A stretch of 64,000 nt of DNA from an uncultured Verrucomicrobiae bacterium (GTDB lineage Bacteria; Verrucomicrobiota; Verrucomicrobiia; Chthoniobacterales; JAATET01): assembly GCA_963719495.1 (NCBI GenBank), contig CAVRCI010000006.1:1-64000 (forward strand), read 5' to 3'. Position numbers and translations under genes: made by a program. Positions 49,888 through 63,336 of this stretch are shown in pieces. Numbering within the stretch: position 1 is the stretch's first letter; every line of letters starts with the position of its first letter. Below the pieces are notes generated by a model, which worked only from the letters and a program-made list of their open reading frames with translations, was not told the DNA's origin and made no database searches.

Positions 49888-51562
49888 CGCTGCGAGTCGG
49901 CGCTGCAGTAGCGGTGGCATGCGTCGGGGCAGCCAGTTTGGGATATCTGGGGGGGCGAGCGGAAGAGGGTGAAGCGGCCAGCCCGTCGACGCCGGAGGTT
50001 TCGAATCCCTCCTCCATCGGTCATCGCTCTGTTGCCACCGAGCCCGCCCCTCCCAATTCCGAGAATTTGATCGACGTGCTGCGGAGCGAGGATCCGGTGG
50101 AGATCATGACGCGACTGCAGGTTGTGTTGGGCGATCGGTCTCTGCCGCCGCGGGTGGCGCGGATATACCGGGATGCGCTCGTCGAGCGGATCGTGGCGGT
50201 GGGTGAGATCGCGCGCCTGCTCTCGACCAAGGGGAAGGATCGCGAGGACATCCTGGCGGTGGCCGTGCGGGCGCTGGCCGAGCGGGACCTAGCGGCGGCC
50301 GAGCACTTTGTGACGAACCTGTCGGATGAGCCCTCGAGCGAGCGCGTGGGGTTGGCGTTTTTGAGCGAACTTGCACGACAGAATCCCGCTGCGGCGTTGC
50401 CCGGATCGAGTCTGCCACGAATACCGAGAAGGAACTGCGGGCGATCTTCTCGGGCTGGGCCAAGTCGGACCCGCGCGGCGCGGCGGAGGTGGCGTTCGCG
50501 CGGGGCGAAGATTATCGATCGGCTCGGCAGGCTGTTGTCTCGACCTGGATTCAGGAAGATTCGGCTGCGGCGTGGGCGTGGGTCGAGAGTTCGGAGGGTG
50601 AGAATCGGCGCGAAACGTTGGATACGGCTTTTGGGAATACGATCTGGGCGGACCCACGGGAGGGACTCGCACGGATGGCTCGAATGCCGGAGCTGGCCGA
50701 TAATTACGGGGCACAGTGGATCGGGATGCGGATCGCGACCGACGTGGCGGGTGCCGAGGCTGCGATGGCTCAATTGCCTCCGGGGAGGGGCCGGACGCAG
50801 TTGGTCAGCGGACTGGCCGTGAGTCTGGCGGGCGAACCGGAGGTCGCGCTGAGTTGGGCGGATACCCTCCTACCGGGTGAGCGGAAAGTGTTCCTCGGCG
50901 GACTTTTCAGCGCGATCGGGACCTTGGATCCTGATCAGGCCCTGCGGCTCGCCGCCGATCGACTCACCGGTGAGGAGCGGAGCGAAGCGCTGATGTCGCT
51001 CCAGGACGGGTGGGCGCACCTGGATTTTGAAGCGGCATTTACGGCGATGACCGAGCGTTTGGACTCGGACGCCTTGGTCGAGACGATCCCGGCAATCTTC
51101 GGCTCCCGGGATCTTCGTACGCCGGAGAGCGTCCAACGGGAGATGGCGCGAGTGGACGCCTTGAATCCAACGGTGCGTCGATCCGTCCTCCGCGGGCTGG
51201 GTGAGTCTCACAGCGGTGCGAGTCCGGCGCTGATCGATCACGTGAGTGGGCTGAGTCCGGAAGATCAAGCGAGCTTCGCGGAGGGGGCGAGTGAGGGGGC
51301 CAGCTACCTGCCTCTCGAAAGCGTGCAGCGAATCGCTGCCATGCTTCCGGTGGAGAAGCGGATCGCGCGGGCGGATCAACTGGCGGATGCGATGGCGAAA
51401 GACGATCTGGCGACGGCGGCTCGGTTCGTCGTTGGACTCCCGGAGGTCAGTGATGGGGACGGGCGAGCGAGCGCGCCGATCGCTCAACCAATAGGAATTC
51501 GCAGGGTCGACTCGGCTCCGGGTGGTGGGTTCCGATTTTCGACGGTGGCCGTGCCGTGGTGA
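49884..51562 (+). CDS. Membrane-anchored alpha-helical repeat protein, paralog 3 of 3, frameshifted near 50420-50490
   Basis: GTG start overlapping the paralog 2 stop (GTGA). The N-terminal piece is ORF 49884-50822 and the continuation in another frame is ORF 50489-51562. Repeat units include WIQEDSAAAWAW and WADPREGLARMARMPE. Confidence 0.45.
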
Positions 51563-52914
51563 AGGGTCGCGGCCTCCCGGACGAAGCAGAGCCCGAGACC
51601 GGAGCTCTTGCGTTCGGTGCCGGGACGGGGAAGCGAGTAGAAGCGCTCGAACACGCGGGGGGCCGCGTAGTCGGGGAGACCAGGGCCTTCATCGCGGACG
51701 CTGACCTCGATCTGACCGTCTTCGGTGGGCCGGACTGCGACTTCGATGCGGCCGTCGGCCGGAGAGAATTCGGCGGCGTTCTGAACCAGATTGCGGATGG
51801 CGGTTTCCAGAAGAAATTCGTCTCCCGGAGCCAGCGCGGAGGCGGGAACGGCGAGGAGAAATTGCTGGTCAGCGCGTCGCTCGCGGGCTTCGTCAACGAC
51901 GCGGCGGACGATCCCGGAGAGGTCGACGGTGCCGGGACTATCGAGGCGTTTGCGGCTTTCGAGGGAGGCCAGGGCGAGCAGTTGCTCGATGAGCCGCTGG
52001 AGGCGGGCGGATTCGGTGCGGATGTTTAACGTGAACCGCTGGCGGCGGTCGGCGGGAAGGTCCTCGTCGAGCAGCTCGGCGGCACCGCGGATAGCCGCGA
52101 CGGGGGCCTTCATTTCGTGACTGAGGGTCTGGACGTAATTGCCAACGTAGTCGCGGTCCTCGAGCGCGACCCGCATGCGCTCGATGGATTCGCCGAGCAC
52201 TCGGAGATGTTGGCCCGGCATGGACGGCGGAGGTGGGCGCTCGCCGCGGGTGACGGCTTCCGCGTGACGGGTCAGCCGGGCGAGGGGCTCCGTGACCCAG
52301 CGGGAGAGGAGGTAGCCGAAAAGCAGGAATGCCACCGTGCCGGTGAGGCCGACTCGGAGGATGCGGCGTTTCGTCTCGAGAATGAATTCGCGGAGGGCGC
52401 GCTGGGGTTTGTAGACCGAGAGGACGCCGACGATTTTGCCGTCCACGATCAACGGCGCTCCGACGAACATGATGGAGGACAGGTCATCGGTTTCGTCCGC
52501 GCGGGAGGAGCGGGCGCCATAGCGACCCTGGAGGGTGAGGTACACGTCCGACCGATCCGAGAAGTCGAGACCGACCCGCTCGGGTTCCTCGGAATCAAAA
52601 ATCACGAGTCCCTTCTCGTCGGTCACGTAGGTTCCCATGGAGACTTCCGTCTTGAGGATGTTGTAAATCTTCGCCGTGAGCGTGCGGTCATTCACGGCGG
52701 CGAAGCCACTCGTGAGGGCGGTCGGGAGGCGGCCATGGGTGGCGAGTTCCGCCGAAACGATGGCGGCAAGGATCTCGGCGGTGTCGACCATCGGCTCCTC
52801 CGCAGCCTCGAGATACTGCCGCTCGACGCGGTCGAGAATGGGGTTGAGAAGGAGGTAGATCGCCGCGATGGCGACGCCGACGAAGCTGAGCAGGACGCGA
52901 AGGGTGAGACTCAC
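51484..52914 (-). CDS. Two-component sensor histidine kinase
   Basis: 476 aa with two TM segments, a HAMP-like linker, H box LSHEMKAPVAAIRGAAELL and HATPase N/G boxes (NLVQNAAEFS, DEGPGLP, GLGLCFV). GTG start. Confidence 0.8.
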   Translation of the reverse strand: MSLTLRVLLSFVGVAIAAIYLLLNPILDRVERQYLEAAEEPMVDTAEILAAIVSAELATHGRLPTALTSGFAAVNDRTLTAKIYNILKTEVSMGTYVTDEKGLVIFDSEEPERVGLDFSDRSDVYLTLQGRYGARSSRADETDDLSSIMFVGAPLIVDGKIVGVLSVYKPQRALREFILETKRRILRVGLTGTVAFLLFGYLLSRWVTEPLARLTRHAEAVTRGERPPPPSMPGQHLRVLGESIERMRVALEDRDYVGNYVQTLSHEMKAPVAAIRGAAELLDEDLPADRRQRFTLNIRTESARLQRLIEQLLALASLESRKRLDSPGTVDLSGIVRRVVDEARERRADQQFLLAVPASALAPGDEFLLETAIRNLVQNAAEFSPADGRIEVAVRPTEDGQIEVSVRDEGPGLPDYAAPRVFERFYSLPRPGTERKSSGLGLCFVREAATLHHGTATVENRNPPPGAESTLRIPIG

Positions 52915-53635
52915 TCAATTTTCGATTTTTGATTCTCGATTTTCGATTGGGATTCTTCGGCGAGCGAGTAGCCGAAGCCGCGGTGGGTGACGATGGGGTC
53001 TTCGTCGGGGCGGAGGGCGTGGAGCTTGGCGCGGAGGGTTTTCACGTGGGCGTCGACGGTGCGGTCGAAGGAAGCCTCGGGTTCGTCCCAGGCGGCGTCC
53101 ATGAGCTGAGCCCGCGAAAAGACCCGGCCAGGCTTGGCGATCAACGCGGAGAGCAGGCGATATTCCGTTCTGGATAATTCGAGCGGGTGGCCGTGGAAAC
53201 GAATCGCGCAGCGCTCGGCGTCGATCTCGAAGCGGCCCGAGTCCGAGGTAGACGCTGCGCCGGGGCGCGCGCGGCGCAGGATGGCCCGGATGCGGGCGGC
53301 GAGTTCGCGCGGGCTGAACGGTTTGGTCACGTAGTCGTCCCCGCCGAGTTCGAGCCCGACCACGCGGTCGATTTCATCGGAGCGCGCGGTCAGAAAAGGA
53401 TCGGCACGTCGGAGTGCGCCCGGATGCTTCGGCAGACGTCGAAACCGGTGATGTCCGGCAGGCCAACGTCGAGGACAATGAGATCAAACCCGGCTTCCGC
53501 AACTGCGGCGAGGGCCTCGGTGCCGGTGCCGCAGCAGTGGGTCCGGCAGCCGTCCGATTCGAGCGGGTATTGGATCGTGTCGCGAATGGAGGGCTCGTCC
53601 TCGACGATCAGGATGCGCGGCGGCGGCGGATTCAT
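52911..53635 (-). CDS. OmpR-family response regulator, frameshifted near 53370-53400
   Basis: Receiver N-terminus (RILIVEDEPSIRDTI...DLIVLDVGLPDITGFDVC) lies in ORF 53390-54175. The winged-helix C-terminus (LSRTEYRLLSALIAKPGRVFSRAQLM...THRGFGYSL) lies in ORF 52911-53363. Its stop overlaps the kinase start. Confidence 0.75.
52919..52955. repeat. Tandem heptamer array (TTTCGAT/TTTTGAT/TCTCGAT) inside the 3' tail of the response-regulator gene
   Basis: aattttcgatttttgattctcgattttcgattgggattc. On the coding strand it encodes the non-canonical tail ...AEESQSKIENQKSKIE after the normal GFGYSL end. Related to the 40882-40916 array. Confidence 0.55.
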
Positions 53636-53705
53636 CGTCCGCTGAATTACCCTGCGAAACTGGGACGGGCGAGGGTGGAGTTTCCCGTTGAGATCCCGGA
53701 TTCTT

Positions 53706-56756
<3,051 letters not shown>

Positions 56757-58001
56757 CTATCCGAAGATCGGAACGATGTGCCGAACAAGCAGATTGTGCG
56801 TCACGTTACGGTTCACGACTTCGGCGTTCGCTTCGAGCGCGTCGATGAACTCGTCGCCGAGCCGAGCGGCCACCTTGAAACCCACGTGAACGAGTTGGCG
56901 AAGGTGCGGGTTGTAGTCGGCGCAAGCCGGGTCGTGGCGGAGGGCGGCGGCGAACCGGTCGCCGCTCCAGCCCGCGACGTCGTCCGGGGTGGGCAACTGC
57001 GCCCGGTCGATGTCGATGACCGTCGCGTAGGGCGCGGTGAGTTCGTCGAACTTCGCGTGCGCTCCGGCGTGGATTTTCTTCGCGACTTCGAGTCCCGTGC
57101 CGCCGGATTCGGCGAGGCCGATCACTTCCTCGAGCCACGTCGTGCCGGCCGTTTTCACGTGGAGGCCGGCGTCGTGCTGGCGCACGAGGCGGTTGATGAT
57201 CGGGTAGAGCGAAAATTTGTCGCTGCCGGAATGGACGCTGAGCTTGAGCGTCTCGGGCAAACCGAATTCCGCGACGGCGTAGGCGAGCACGCTGAGATCC
57301 TGGTCGAACTCGCGCTCGAACTGCGCGAGGTCGCCGACGTAATCGACGCCCTTGTTGAATCGACCGGTGAACTTCGGCGCGATGGTCTGCACCGGGACGT
57401 TTTCGTCGGCTAGCATGGCGAGGATGAGCAGCAGCTCGACGGGGCTCTGCGGCGTGTCGGTCTCGTCGACCGAGACTTCCGTCACGAATTCGTCGCCTTT
57501 CGCCGCGGCGATGTGCCGGTGAATGCGTCCCGCCTCCTGGGCGGCGAGGAGAAATTTCTCCGCCGCGCGGCGGATCGTGTCCTCGCTGATTTCCAGCGGC
57601 TCGTCGATCCCGGGGACCGCGATACTCCCGATCAACGTCCCGTGCGCTGCGACGAACGCGTCGATGTCCGCAGCGGAGGCGGGTTTCCCGATGGAATCGG
57701 CCACGTCCAGCGTGAAGAAGTCGCTCCCAGCCAGAAAGCCATCAACCGTGCCGAGCCCGATGTGATCCGCGTCGACGTAGTAGGCGCAGTCGTAGCCGAG
57801 CGCGGCGACGGCGGCGTCCGCTTCGGCGCGGAGGTCGTCCGGCTTGGACCCGATGATCGAATGCTCGCGGTTTGATTTGTTCCAGGTCGGGCAAACGTCG
57901 ATGCCGCGCGTGCGGGCGTCGAGGACGGCGGAGAGCTGCGCTTCGCCTTGATGACCGAACCGGTCGCCGCTACCGAAGGTGAATTTCTGGATTGTTTTCA
58001 T
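56757..58001 (-). CDS. Putative tagaturonate/fructuronate epimerase (UxaE-like)
   Basis: 414 aa with a N-terminal FGSGDRFG motif. Size and context (hexuronate genes) are consistent with the UxaE family. The assignment is from memory and tentative. Confidence 0.45.
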   Translation of the reverse strand: MKTIQKFTFGSGDRFGHQGEAQLSAVLDARTRGIDVCPTWNKSNREHSIIGSKPDDLRAEADAAVAALGYDCAYYVDADHIGLGTVDGFLAGSDFFTLDVADSIGKPASAADIDAFVAAHGTLIGSIAVPGIDEPLEISEDTIRRAAEKFLLAAQEAGRIHRHIAAAKGDEFVTEVSVDETDTPQSPVELLLILAMLADENVPVQTIAPKFTGRFNKGVDYVGDLAQFEREFDQDLSVLAYAVAEFGLPETLKLSVHSGSDKFSLYPIINRLVRQHDAGLHVKTAGTTWLEEVIGLAESGGTGLEVAKKIHAGAHAKFDELTAPYATVIDIDRAQLPTPDDVAGWSGDRFAAALRHDPACADYNPHLRQLVHVGFKVAARLGDEFIDALEANAEVVNRNVTHNLLVRHIVPIFG

Positions 58002-58023
58002 GATTTTGGAAACTGGCCGCGCG

Positions 58024-59454
58024 TCAGACCTTGCCGCGTTGAGCTTCGAGCTGCGCGCGGATTTCTTCCATCCGCGCGGGACTCAGGGGATACAAGCGCA
58101 ACAGCAGCAGCGCGCAAATCCAAAAGCCCATCGGCAGGAAAACGTACCATTCCAGCATGCGTTCGAGTGTCTCGGGCGGTTGGGTCTTGCCGTATTTCAC
58201 GACGTCGAAGCCGGTCCAGACGAGGATGAAACCCGCCAGGCCGGTCGTCAGGGTGGCGGACAATTTGAAGATCCACGAGAAGATCGCGGAGAAGCTGCCC
58301 TCGCGTCGTTCGTGGGTGTGGAGCTCGTCGAAGTCGACAATGTCGGCTTGCATCGAGGGGATGAGCATCCACATCGCGACACCGAAGGCCGAGAGGAAGA
58401 CGTGCGGCAGGATCTGTAAATACGGCTGCTCCGGCGTGTAGCAGAAGTAGATGAGAATATTGGCGATGAAGCCCATCGAGAGCGTGAGGGCGAGGGCTTT
58501 CGTCTTGCCGATGCGCTCGCTGACCCACGTCCAGAACGGGACGCTGAGGAGGCCGGGGATGAAGGTCGCCGTGGACTTCCAACCCTGGATCAGCGAGGCG
58601 GTGCCGAGGTCGCCTTGGTTGATGTAATAGATGTTGAGGTAGAGGCCGAGGCTGCTGACGAGGGTGGAGCCGACGGTATTGAAGAGGACGATCCCGAGGA
58701 CGAGTTGGAAGGGACGGCAGGACAGTGTCTCGCGCATGCTTTTGATGAGCGGAATCTTCGGCTGATCCTTGGCCTCCTTCGCGTAGTAGCGCTCCTTGAC
58801 GAAAACGCCGGGCAGGATGGCGACGGACAGAATGATCAATCCCATGACCCAACCCATCACGCTCATGCCCTTGGCGATGTCGGGTTCGCCGGTGAGCGGG
58901 TCGGCGAAGGCGGGCAGCGCCGTGAGGGCCAGCATCCAGCCGCCGAGCAGGCCGACGAATTTGGAAAAGATGGTCCGCCACGCCACGATGCGGGTTCGTT
59001 CGTAGTAGTTCGGCGTCATCTCCATGCCGAGGCTGTAGTAGGGCATCGCCCACATGGTGAAGCAGGTGTAGAAAAGCAGTCCGACGCCGACCATGTAGGC
59101 GATGAGCGCCGTTTGACTCCAATCCGGCGAGGGCTGCCAGAGCAGCGGCATCACGAGGCCGGTGAGGATGCCGCCGACAACGATGAAGGGGCGGCGTCGG
59201 CCCCAACGGGAACGCGTGTTGTCGGAGATGTTGCCCATGATGGGATCCGCGAGCGCGTCCCAGAGTTGGTAGACCATGAGCACGCTGCCGATAATCGCCG
59301 GGCTGATGCCGAGGCCGATGTTGTAGACCGGCACGAACATGTTCTTGGTCACCGCATTCGACAATTGCTCGGTCATCCCGCCGAGGCCGTAGGCAATTTT
59401 GTGCCAGAAGGGAGCCTTGTCTTCTTGGCGGATTCGGGGGGGGGAAGAACTCAT
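58024..59454 (-). CDS. MFS glycoside-pentoside-hexuronide (GPH) cation symporter
   Basis: 476 aa, ~12 TM. N-terminal region (GLGGMTEQLSNAVTKNMFVPVYNIGLGISPAIIGSVLMVYQLWDALADPIMGNISDNTRSRWGRRRPF) is typical of MelB/GusB-type transporters. Confidence 0.75.
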   Translation of the reverse strand: MSSSPPRIRQEDKAPFWHKIAYGLGGMTEQLSNAVTKNMFVPVYNIGLGISPAIIGSVLMVYQLWDALADPIMGNISDNTRSRWGRRRPFIVVGGILTGLVMPLLWQPSPDWSQTALIAYMVGVGLLFYTCFTMWAMPYYSLGMEMTPNYYERTRIVAWRTIFSKFVGLLGGWMLALTALPAFADPLTGEPDIAKGMSVMGWVMGLIILSVAILPGVFVKERYYAKEAKDQPKIPLIKSMRETLSCRPFQLVLGIVLFNTVGSTLVSSLGLYLNIYYINQGDLGTASLIQGWKSTATFIPGLLSVPFWTWVSERIGKTKALALTLSMGFIANILIYFCYTPEQPYLQILPHVFLSAFGVAMWMLIPSMQADIVDFDELHTHERREGSFSAIFSWIFKLSATLTTGLAGFILVWTGFDVVKYGKTQPPETLERMLEWYVFLPMGFWICALLLLRLYPLSPARMEEIRAQLEAQRGKV

Positions 59455-59637
59455 AATTTAAACAGGGAACCCGCACATTCACCGGGGTGGGTCGGTCAAC
59501 CAATCCGGGGGTAGTTTAACGTTAAGCACTTCGACCGGGTGGCGCTCGATCGACCGCTCGGATGATGAAAGAAAAACGGTGGCACCCTTGGGGGATGCCA
59601 CCGCGAATCAGTGGGTGCCGTGGAACGACGACGCGAG

Positions 59638-60312
59638 TCAGGCTGCTGAGCGATTCGTCTGCCGACGGCGCAGGATGACTAGCAGGCAGCCTCCGCCGAT
59701 CAGGAGAGCGACGCTGCTGGGCTCGGGGACGGCGGTGACGTCGCCGTTGAGCACGACGTTGTCGACGCCGGAAAGGCGGGTCAAACTTGGGCTGTTAGAA
59801 TCGTCCGTGAAATAGATGCGAAATGTGATTGGAGTTGATAAACCTTGGAAGCTCGCGGAACTCAGACTGACGGATTTTGGAGTGAAGGTATTTTGACTGA
59901 CGACTTGGTTGTCTGGCGTGATAGTCAAATCGGTGTCGAAGGCAACTGCGCCAATGTCTGACCGAACAAAATAGCTCACCGGACCAACGTTCGCATTCTC
60001 GAAGATTCCGTCGAAGGTCAACGAGGTGAGGTCGACGGTGGTCAATGCGGGAATCGTGAGAGTGAAGGTGAAATAGATCTCGGCATCGAAATTCTCCGGA
60101 ACCTGTCCCGTCTGCACCGAGCGATACTGGTTGCTCGAGACCGTGCTGAAGCCCGGCGTCCAGCCCGCGTTGTCGAACGTGGAGGCGGTCGTCAGCGGTT
60201 CGCTGTCACCGGAAGCGGTGTTCGTAGTGAAGTCGTAGCTGGCCAGCACGACGGCTTGGGCGGGACTCGACGCGATCGCGACGAAGGCGAGAATGGAGAG
60301 GGCTCTTTTCAT
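59638..60312 (-). CDS. PEP-CTERM-anchored secreted protein
   Basis: Signal peptide MKRALSILAFVAIASSPAQA. C-terminal VPEPSSVALLIGGGCLLVILRRRQ is a PEP-CTERM sorting signal. Confidence 0.7.
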   Translation of the reverse strand: MKRALSILAFVAIASSPAQAVVLASYDFTTNTASGDSEPLTTASTFDNAGWTPGFSTVSSNQYRSVQTGQVPENFDAEIYFTFTLTIPALTTVDLTSLTFDGIFENANVGPVSYFVRSDIGAVAFDTDLTITPDNQVVSQNTFTPKSVSLSSASFQGLSTPITFRIYFTDDSNSPSLTRLSGVDNVVLNGDVTAVPEPSSVALLIGGGCLLVILRRRQTNRSAA

Positions 60313-60426
60313 GGTAGGACGGGTAGGTTCGGGGTGGATGACCGGAACGAGGATCCCGGCCTTTGTCGTTGAATGGCTGAAGGTAGCCCAGCCCACCCAC
60401 CCCCGCGAATTCGTTGTCGTTATACG

Positions 60427-62100
60427 TTAACCCACGCTTTTCCGAAAAACTTCCCGCACCACGGCGCAGGCGGCTTTCGGGCGGCGGTATTCGTCGAACG
60501 TTCCTTTGTTGTTGTAACCGCGCGGACGGCGGATGAGCTGCTCGTTGCGGTCGACGCGGGCGTCGGAGAAGTGCCAGATCGCCAGGCCGGCGATGGCGGG
60601 ATTGCCAACGGCTTCTTCGCAGAAGACGCGCAGGTATTCGGCCTGATACTCCTCGGTGAAAAATCCGTTGAGCGGATCGTGCCAGCCCGGGAGCGCCTCG
60701 GCACCGGTCTCGCTGATGACGTAGGGTTTGTCGAATTGCGCGACGTGGGCGAGGCATTCGTGGACCCGCGGGAGGATGAGGCTGAGCGGATCGGGGTGCT
60801 CGCCGGTGTCATACCAGCCCGGGTAGAGGTTGTGGTTGATGATGTCGACCTGGTCGTGGAAGAGGTCGTCGAGCGGGAACATGCTGGCGCAGGCGACGAG
60901 GCGGTCGGGGTCACGTTCGCGGAGCCGCGCGACGGATTCCTCGAAGATCGGGCGGGTGGATTCCTCGTTGGTGCCGGCTTCGTTGAGGAAACCCCAGATG
61001 ATCACGCACGGGTGGTTGACGCTGGCGTCGACCATTTCGTCGAGCATGCGAAGGTGGGACTGGCGGAAGTGCGGGTCGGTGAGTTGGCGCTCGCGCTGAC
61101 CCCAGCCGAGCCCCTCCTCCCAGACGAGGATTCCGAGTTCGTCGCACAGATCGAGAAACCGCTGGTCCTGCGGGTAGTGACTGCCGCGAACGAAATTGCA
61201 GCCCAGATCCTCGAGCAAATGAAGGTCGATGAGATGCTGCGCGGGCGAGACCGACGAGCCGGTGTCGGGGTGAAATTCGTGGCGGTTGTAGCCGAGGAGT
61301 TTGATCGGCTGGTCGTTGAGGAGAATTTCCCGGCCCGACGTGCGGATCGTGCGCAGGCCGAAGCGGACGATGAGGTCGTCTTCGCCAACGCGGATGGCGA
61401 GCGTGTGAAGGTGCGGCGCGTCCGGCGACCACGGGCGGGGGTCGGGGACGCTGAGCTCGATTGAGAATTCCGAACCCGACACCGCGTGGACTCCCGACGC
61501 CGCACCATCGATCGAGGTCGTCACTTCGGCTGCCGCGGCGGAGAGCCGGACCGTGACGGTGATCATCCCGGCGACGAAATCGTCCACGCGGACGTGGGCC
61601 GAGCGGACGTATGTCTCGGGCACCTCGTGCAGCCACGCGGAGCGCGTGATCCCGCCCCACTGGTAGAAGTCGAAGAATTGCTCGTGGAGCGGCGTCCGTT
61701 GCCAGTCGAAGCGGTTGTCGACGACCACGATGATCTCCGTCGATTCCCGCTCGCTGGCACCCGCGTCGCACCAGAATCCGGTGTAACCGCAGTCGTGATC
61801 GGTGAGCGCGACGCCGTCGACGAAGACGCGGCACCAGAGACTGACCGCCTCGAAGTGAAGCAGGCGGCGGCGACCAGGCGTGGTCGGAATGGAGCGGCGG
61901 TAAACGGCGACGCCACGCCGTCCCATCAGCCGGGGCAGGGAGTCGAAAGCCGCCGGGACGAGCATTCGATCCGCGAAGTCGACGGAACCCAGGTCGACGG
62001 AATCGCCATCGACGTCGCCGAGAAAGGAAAAGTCCCAACTCCCATCGAGGGAATGGACGACGCGGCGCTGATGCTGAGGGAAGGGCTTGTTGATGGTCAT
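60427..62100 (-). CDS. GH2-family glycoside hydrolase (beta-glucuronidase-like)
   Basis: ~558 aa from MTINKPFPQ with sugar-binding, Ig-like and TIM-barrel regions. Conserved NRHEFHPDTG, NFVRGSHYPQDQRFLDLCDELGILVWEE and WGFLNEAG blocks match GH2 catalytic motifs. Confidence 0.65.
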   Translation of the reverse strand: MTINKPFPQHQRRVVHSLDGSWDFSFLGDVDGDSVDLGSVDFADRMLVPAAFDSLPRLMGRRGVAVYRRSIPTTPGRRRLLHFEAVSLWCRVFVDGVALTDHDCGYTGFWCDAGASERESTEIIVVVDNRFDWQRTPLHEQFFDFYQWGGITRSAWLHEVPETYVRSAHVRVDDFVAGMITVTVRLSAAAAEVTTSIDGAASGVHAVSGSEFSIELSVPDPRPWSPDAPHLHTLAIRVGEDDLIVRFGLRTIRTSGREILLNDQPIKLLGYNRHEFHPDTGSSVSPAQHLIDLHLLEDLGCNFVRGSHYPQDQRFLDLCDELGILVWEEGLGWGQRERQLTDPHFRQSHLRMLDEMVDASVNHPCVIIWGFLNEAGTNEESTRPIFEESVARLRERDPDRLVACASMFPLDDLFHDQVDIINHNLYPGWYDTGEHPDPLSLILPRVHECLAHVAQFDKPYVISETGAEALPGWHDPLNGFFTEEYQAEYLRVFCEEAVGNPAIAGLAIWHFSDARVDRNEQLIRRPRGYNNKGTFDEYRRPKAACAVVREVFRKSVG

Positions 62101-62164
62101 GGGAGTGGCGGGTGGGAAAGGATAGCGGGACACCGAGTGATCCCAATTCGAGGCGGGTTTTACG

Positions 62165-63277
62165 TTAAGCCGTCGCGGCGAGCAGGTCGGCGGTGGCGGT
62201 GAACGCGACGTCGAGCCGACCGCGCACGGTGGTCGTGTAAGCGACGAATTCTTCCCCGAGGACGAAGCGGGGGTGCGGGTCGATGTGGTATTTCGAGCCG
62301 ACTTCACCGATCAGCTCGGGATTGTGAGCGATCTCGATCTGGCGACCGGTGGGGAGATTTTTGAACGTCACCCGCGATTCGCAGCCGCGAAAAAATTTCC
62401 CGTGGCGGTCCCCGACGAGCAGCGTGTCGTCGGAGTTGGCGTGCGTGTGCCAGGTGGCGCCGGGCCAGACGGGTTCGCGCCGCCGGGTCGCCAGATCGAC
62501 CCGGAACGTGCCGTCGCCGTCGATGGCGTAGATCGCGCGTCCGTCGGCGCTCCACCATTCGTGCGTGCAGACGGTCGGCGTCGGCAGGACGGGGCGCGGG
62601 CTTTCACCGCGCCGCAGGGTCCACATGCGGTCGTCGCACGAAATCCGCCGCCCGGTGATCGGGTCGACGTGGATTTCCTGCGAGAAAAGCACGAGGTCGG
62701 GATCGGTCGGATGAAATTGCGCGTGGTCCCAGGTGCCGTCGAGTTCCGCCCAGCAATCGAACGCCCCGGTCGCAATGGTCATCGTGCCGAGGTAGGTCTT
62801 CGCCGGGGTGCGCAGGTCGATGAAAAATTCCCGCCCGTCCGCCGATCGCGAGAGGTGCGTGACCGTGCAGGTGACGTCGCGCCAACCGATGAGATCCTTC
62901 GGGACTTCGCCGATCTTCTCGGCCCGGTCACTGGAGCGCGGTCCGCGTTTCCAGATCGCGCGCCCCGTTCCCCAGAAGACCTCGCCGGTGTCGGGGTCGA
63001 CCCATGGTGAGGCGTGGGAAAATTGAGTCTCGGGAAAATGGCGGATGTCGCCGTCGACGAAATCGATCACCCCGAGCGTGCGCCCCGCGTTCGCGTCGCC
63101 GGACGGCGGGAAGGCGCAGTAGAACCAAAAGAACCGCCGGTCTCGGGACGAGCCGTCGTTGACGTAATAGAACGTCTGCTGCTGCGGGGCGACGCGTTGG
63201 TCGAGCAGGTGGCTCGTGATGCCCGTGTCGGGATGAACGTGGGCTCGAAAAAGGGGGGATTGGGAAATCGAAATCAT
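62165..63277 (-). CDS. ogl: Oligogalacturonate lyase (PL22 family)
   Basis: ~370 aa from MISISQSPLF. Similarity to Yersinia Ogl in THEWWSADGRAIYAIDGDG (THEFWVPDGSALVYVSY in Ogl) and the C-terminal HPHPRFVLGEEFVAYTTTVRGRLDVAFTA (HPHPSFTPDDKQILFTSDVHGKPALYLA in Ogl). Confidence 0.7.
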   Translation of the reverse strand: MISISQSPLFRAHVHPDTGITSHLLDQRVAPQQQTFYYVNDGSSRDRRFFWFYCAFPPSGDANAGRTLGVIDFVDGDIRHFPETQFSHASPWVDPDTGEVFWGTGRAIWKRGPRSSDRAEKIGEVPKDLIGWRDVTCTVTHLSRSADGREFFIDLRTPAKTYLGTMTIATGAFDCWAELDGTWDHAQFHPTDPDLVLFSQEIHVDPITGRRISCDDRMWTLRRGESPRPVLPTPTVCTHEWWSADGRAIYAIDGDGTFRVDLATRRREPVWPGATWHTHANSDDTLLVGDRHGKFFRGCESRVTFKNLPTGRQIEIAHNPELIGEVGSKYHIDPHPRFVLGEEFVAYTTTVRGRLDVAFTATADLLAATA

Positions 63278-63336
63278 CGAGCGGGCGGGTTGGAGGTTGA
63301 AAAATTTCCCGGCGGAGCGTTGGGTGCGGGTGCCCC

